Positions 60,338-64,000 of a stretch of DNA of 64,000 nucleotides are shown here, one piece after another. The notes under the pieces were generated by a model. That model was not told the origin of the DNA, did not search any database, and saw only the letters and a program-made list of their open reading frames with translations. Each line of letters opens with the position of its first letter. Within the stretch, counting starts at the first letter, position 1. Made by a program: the position numbers and the translations under genes. The DNA comes from Subdoligranulum sp. (GTDB lineage Bacteria; Bacillota; Clostridia; Oscillospirales; Ruminococcaceae), in assembly GCA_014799685.1 (NCBI GenBank), contig JAAVHN010000018.1, positions 85,857 to 149,856 on the forward strand, read 5' to 3'.

Positions 60338-61735
60338 TTATTGTTCCGCAGCCGTGCCACGCGGGGCCGGGGCGATCTCGCCGGCCAAACGCGCATAGAT
60401 CACATAGGAGATTATCACATTGATCAGGTCCGCCGTCATCTGCGTCCACACGATGCCGCTCATGCCAAAGAGCATGTCCATGAGGAACAAAATCGGGATA
60501 TTGAGGCAAAGCTGCCGGATCACGGCAAGGTAAAACGAAACCTTTCCCCGATCCACCGCCTGCATAAAATGCACCATGTGAAAGCTGAGGAACATGAAGG
60601 GCGTGGCAAAGCAGCGCGATTGCAGGAATTGCGTGCCGAACCGCACCGTGTCCGCGTCCGAGATAAAGGCCCCTACAATGTACGGCGCGCAGATGCGGTA
60701 GAGCGCCACGCAGAGCACCGAAACGATCAATCCCGCCCGCCGCGCCGTCCGGAAGAAATCTTTCATCCTCCCGTAATTTTTGGACGCGTAATTATACGCC
60801 ACCAGCGGCGTCATGCCGAGGCAGATGCCGATGCCGATATTCAGCGGCAGGCGCTCCACCTTCAATACGATGCCGATGGCCGCGAGCTCGAGATCCCCAT
60901 GGCCCGCCGCCAGCCGGTTGATGACAATATTGCACAGATCAAAAAGCAGCAGGCTCATGGCGGCGGGGATGCCCACGGAAAAGAGGGACCCCATCGATTC
61001 CCGCCGGATCTTTTCCACGCGGCGCGGCAGCGCAAGCACCGTGGCGCCCTCCAGCCTTTTGTATATGATAATAAAATACAGCAGCATGATGACATTGGAA
61101 AGCATTGTCGCAACCGCCGCGCCCATCACCTGATAGCCGTCCGGGAAGATCACGAACATGAAAATCGGGTCCAGAATCACGTTCAGAACGCCGCCCATCC
61201 CGAGGCCGAAGCCCGCCTCCCGGGAATAGCCGATGTTGCGCACCATGGAGCTCATGGTATTGGCCAGAACGGTGGGCAGGCAGCCGATCACCACCACGAA
61301 CAGCAGGTATTGCCTGGCAAAACCGATCGTATCCTCACTGGCGCCCAGAAGCCGCAGCAGGGGGTTCATAAAGAGAAGGCACAGGACGGAAAAGGCAAGC
61401 GAAGATGCGGCGGCCATCACCAGGCTCAGCGAGGCCACCCGTTTCGCCTCATCTTCCTCGCCGCCGCCCAGCAGGCGGACCACCAGACTGCCGCCGCCCA
61501 CGCCGAACAGATTGGCAATGCCCGTCGTCATGAGAAACACCGTCAGCACCAGCGCCGACGCCGCCACCATGTAGGGGTTGTTCGTCTGCCCGATAAACCA
61601 GGTGTCCGCCACGTTGTAAACCAGCGCGATGAGCTGGCTGATGATGGTTGGGATCGCCATCTTCGCCAGCGCGCGGGGAACGGGCCATGTCTCGAAAACA
61701 TCCTTTGCCGTTTCATTTGCTGCGTTCGATTTCAT
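60338..61735 (-). CDS. MATE family efflux transporter
   Basis: 465 aa, 12 TM. WPVPRALAKMAIPTIISQLIALVYNVADTWFIGQ... and the second-half repeat SLFSVGIPAAMSLLLFDLCNIVINRL, typical of MatE domains. Confidence 0.9.
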   Translation of the reverse strand: MKSNAANETAKDVFETWPVPRALAKMAIPTIISQLIALVYNVADTWFIGQTNNPYMVAASALVLTVFLMTTGIANLFGVGGGSLVVRLLGGGEEDEAKRVASLSLVMAAASSLAFSVLCLLFMNPLLRLLGASEDTIGFARQYLLFVVVIGCLPTVLANTMSSMVRNIGYSREAGFGLGMGGVLNVILDPIFMFVIFPDGYQVMGAAVATMLSNVIMLLYFIIIYKRLEGATVLALPRRVEKIRRESMGSLFSVGIPAAMSLLLFDLCNIVINRLAAGHGDLELAAIGIVLKVERLPLNIGIGICLGMTPLVAYNYASKNYGRMKDFFRTARRAGLIVSVLCVALYRICAPYIVGAFISDADTVRFGTQFLQSRCFATPFMFLSFHMVHFMQAVDRGKVSFYLAVIRQLCLNIPILFLMDMLFGMSGIVWTQMTADLINVIISYVIYARLAGEIAPAPRGTAAEQ

Positions 61736-61913
61736 CTGTTTGATCCTGTTCCTTTCTGTCTATCCTTTTAAGCCAAGGAACAGTATAAACCCTGCCGCAA
61801 AGAAAAGCAAGGCAATCCGGCAGGATGCCTGGAGTTTTGGCGCCTGCCGGGCTTCTGATGCCTGTCGGGTTTCTGACCTCTGCCGGATTTCGCCGCGATG
61901 CCGCCGGATTTTC

Positions 61914-63533
61914 CTATAAGGTCTGCAAGATCTGCGCCCCGCGGCTGCACACCCAGTGCCAGAGAGCTGCGGCGGCGAGCAGCAGCAGCGCCGCAGCCAG
62001 CGCGCAGAAGCCGGCAAAGCCCAGCGCACGGCCGCCCACGGCCCACAGCAGCGCGCCCAGCCCCACGGCGAGCATGCCGCCGAAGATGCCCACCGCGCTG
62101 GCTGCCGATTGCTTCACAATGATCGTATCGTTGTCGCAGTCCATACGGGGCAGCAGCAGGTTTACCGTCAGGCCATACACCGGCGTAAACAGCCCGAAGC
62201 ACATGCAGAGGAGCAGCAACCCCAGCGCATCCGCCGCATCCGGTGCATAGCCGGCCCACAGCAGCACCACGCTCACCGCCGCCGGAACGGCGGACATCAG
62301 CACATTCAGCAGCGCCTTTGCGCCGAACAGCGCGCGGGGCGGGACGGGCGCTTCCTTTAAGATCCAGAGCGTTTTGCCTTCCAGGCTGATGGATACGCAC
62401 GCGGTGTTGATCATTGCCTGCACCGTGCAGAGGAGCAGCGCCGCCATCGGCAGTGCCGCCCCGACGCCGCCGAGCTGGGCCAGCACCGGCAGCACCTGCC
62501 CGCGCATGACAAGCGCATACACCGCCATGCCCAAAAGCATCACCGCGCCAACCCCGGTGTTCATCACATAGATCGTCGTGCCGAAATAGCGGCGGCATTC
62601 CTTGGCGAACAGCGCCGCAAACATGCCGCTCGTTTTTACCCCGCGCAGCTTGTAATCGCTGCGCAGCACATGGCTCGCAAGGCGCGAGAGGATCTTTTTA
62701 TACTGCGTGCCGATGGCCCAGACGAGCGCCAGAAACGGCAGCAGCGAAAGCAGAAGAAAGCCGCAAAGCCCCAGCGCGCACTGCGCCGCGCCGGCGCCCG
62801 CGAGGGCGTCCAGCAGCAGGCCGAACGGCAGCAGCCATGTGTGCAGCGTGCGCCGCATGCCGGCAAGATCGCGCAGCAGCATCTCCAGCGTGCGGTTCAC
62901 CTGCATGCTGCCCACCAGCACTATACAGACGAAGGCCATGCCCAGAACCGTGCCAACGGCGGCCTTGTGCCGCAGCCGGCCCGAGACATACGCGATGAGC
63001 CAGCCGCCCAGCAGCGCCAGCGCGGAGGGCAGCAGCGGCAAAAACGGGATGATGAGCAAAAGGCGCACACAGAACAGCGCCGCCTGCCCCGCCGGAAGCC
63101 CCGCGCACAGCAGATAGCAGACGCCCGTGGGCGCCATCCACAGCCCGCAGAAGACCAGATTTTCCAGATACAGCGCCAGCACCTTGCCCAGCACCACGGT
63201 AAACGCGGAGACCGGCAGCGTCAGCATGATGTCGTTATCCTTGCTGCCGAACACAAGGCCGCTCGCCGCGAAGATCGTAAGCAGCAGCGACATCATGCCC
63301 GCCATCATGGCCATCAGCGGCAGGGCCAGATCGACCGCGCCGGATTCTGCCAGCATCTGCGTGAGCACAAAGCTGTACGTGGCCGAGAGATACAGCGCCA
63401 AAAACGCCATCAGCGCCAGCGCGCCAAGGCCGCTTGCCGCCTTCTTTTTGCTTTTGCGCGCGCCGCTCTGGAACGAAAACGCCCGCAGCATCAGGCGGAA
63501 ATTTAATTTTAGCAAAACCCACAGTTTATACAT
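61914..63533 (-). CDS. polytopic permease of a putative ABC exporter (ABC-2-like)
   Basis: MYKLWVLLKLNFRLMLRAFSFQSGARKSKKKAASGLGALALMAFLALYL... About 539 aa with many TM helices, immediately downstream of an ABC ATPase. ATG 63533 follows AGAGGG. The N-terminal extension in ORF 61914-63656 reads through the upstream repeats in another register. Confidence 0.75.
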   Translation of the reverse strand: MYKLWVLLKLNFRLMLRAFSFQSGARKSKKKAASGLGALALMAFLALYLSATYSFVLTQMLAESGAVDLALPLMAMMAGMMSLLLTIFAASGLVFGSKDNDIMLTLPVSAFTVVLGKVLALYLENLVFCGLWMAPTGVCYLLCAGLPAGQAALFCVRLLLIIPFLPLLPSALALLGGWLIAYVSGRLRHKAAVGTVLGMAFVCIVLVGSMQVNRTLEMLLRDLAGMRRTLHTWLLPFGLLLDALAGAGAAQCALGLCGFLLLSLLPFLALVWAIGTQYKKILSRLASHVLRSDYKLRGVKTSGMFAALFAKECRRYFGTTIYVMNTGVGAVMLLGMAVYALVMRGQVLPVLAQLGGVGAALPMAALLLCTVQAMINTACVSISLEGKTLWILKEAPVPPRALFGAKALLNVLMSAVPAAVSVVLLWAGYAPDAADALGLLLLCMCFGLFTPVYGLTVNLLLPRMDCDNDTIIVKQSAASAVGIFGGMLAVGLGALLWAVGGRALGFAGFCALAAALLLLAAAALWHWVCSRGAQILQTL

Positions 63534-63733
63534 ATATAACGCCCTCTTGTATCCATTTTTCAGCGCGGAGGATCGTATCTTTCTCCCACAGTTTATCCAT
63601 GCACAACGTCCTCTCGCGTCCATTTTCCGGCGCGGAAGAGCGTATGTTTTTTCCATAGTTTATTCATTTGCGCCGCCCTCTCGCATCCATTTTCAGCGCG
63701 GAGGAACATACCCCTTCCCATAAGCTCACGCAT
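63534..63733. repeat. three tandem 66-67-bp repeats duplicating the ATPase-stop / permease-start junction
   Basis: On the minus strand the units begin at ATGs 63733, 63667 and 63600, and the permease ATG at 63533 begins a fourth partial unit. Each unit carries GAGAGG/GGGAGG, 8-9 nt, then ATG-N-AAACTRTGG ... CTCCGCGCTGAAAATGGA... Confidence 0.9.
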
Positions 63734-64000
63734 GTCCGCCGCCCTCCCGTGCCAGCTCCAAAAACACCTGCTCCAGGCTCTCGTCGCCCACCACGGCGGC
63801 CGTATCGCCCATTTTCACAAGCTTTCCCTTCTGGACGATCGCGATGCGGTCGCACAGCTTTTCGGCCACCTCCAATACGTGGGTGGAGAAGATCACCGCG
63901 CCGCCCGCCTCGCACAGCTCGCGCAGAAAGCCCTTTAAAACAAACGCGGCCTGCGGATCCAGCCCGACGAACGGCTCGTCCAAAATCAGCAGCTTCGGCG
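63726..64000 (-). CDS. ABC transporter ATP-binding protein; 5' part lies outside the window
   Basis: The frame is open to the window edge: PKLLILDEPFVGLDPQAAFVLKGFLRELCEAGGAVIFSTHVLEVAEKLCDRIAIVQKGKLV, with Walker B, D-loop and H-switch. Confidence 0.88.
   Translation of the reverse strand, partial: PKLLILDEPFVGLDPQAAFVLKGFLRELCEAGGAVIFSTHVLEVAEKLCDRIAIVQKGKLVKMGDTAAVVGDESLEQVFLELAREGGGHA

Noticed and set aside
61914-63656. 580-aa version of the permease starting at MEKTYALPRRK
   Set aside because: The first 41 codons read through the tandem junction repeats in a register that does not match the repeated SD-ATG-(N/D/Y)KLW pattern. ATG 63533 with its own SD is the consistent start.

Overview
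High-GC (about 60% by eye) Firmicutes/Clostridia-type chromosomal segment, inferred from GGAGG-type RBSs, cdaA-cdaR, hemZ, class 3 FBPase and recJ-relA-dtd synteny. It is densely coding, with partial genes at both edges: an M23 peptidase at the left and an ABC ATPase at the right. Most long antisense ORFs in the track are GC artefacts. The housekeeping backbone is proS, acpP, ilvD, cca, fused ispDF, cdaA/cdaR, recJ, relA, dtd, hemZ, mazG, hup, ispE, fbp, panE and one tRNA(CAT). Interspersed signalling and accessory modules include a REC-HD-GYP-GGDEF regulator, a PAS hybrid histidine kinase, two BlaI/BlaR1(M56) pairs with non-beta-lactam sensor domains, an ECF sigma/anti-sigma pair, a RelB/ParE module, tandem XRE regulators, tandem XpaC-like paralogs and an Rpn nuclease. 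The most unusual locus is a minus-strand operon at 57.5-60.25 kb. It runs YhfC intramembrane protease, DUF5808, MerR regulator fused to a 2-TM tail, two free-standing copies of that tail, then YbjQ. All three downstream junctions use the same 20-nt overlap, and the promoter has a MerR-type 19-bp spacer. Other notable items: a His/Cys-rich extracytoplasmic tail on one BlaR1-like protease; a triplicated ATPase/permease junction that creates chained mini-ORFs; AT-rich heptanucleotide microsatellites; a tandem array of small GAAA-loop hairpins upstream of hup; an in-frame repeat-built insertion in panE; and apparent start or frameshift lesions in parE, hemZ and a SLOG-like gene. No CRISPR array, rRNA, integrase or classical IS element was seen. 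All calls come from reading the sequence and recalled family signatures; no database search was run.
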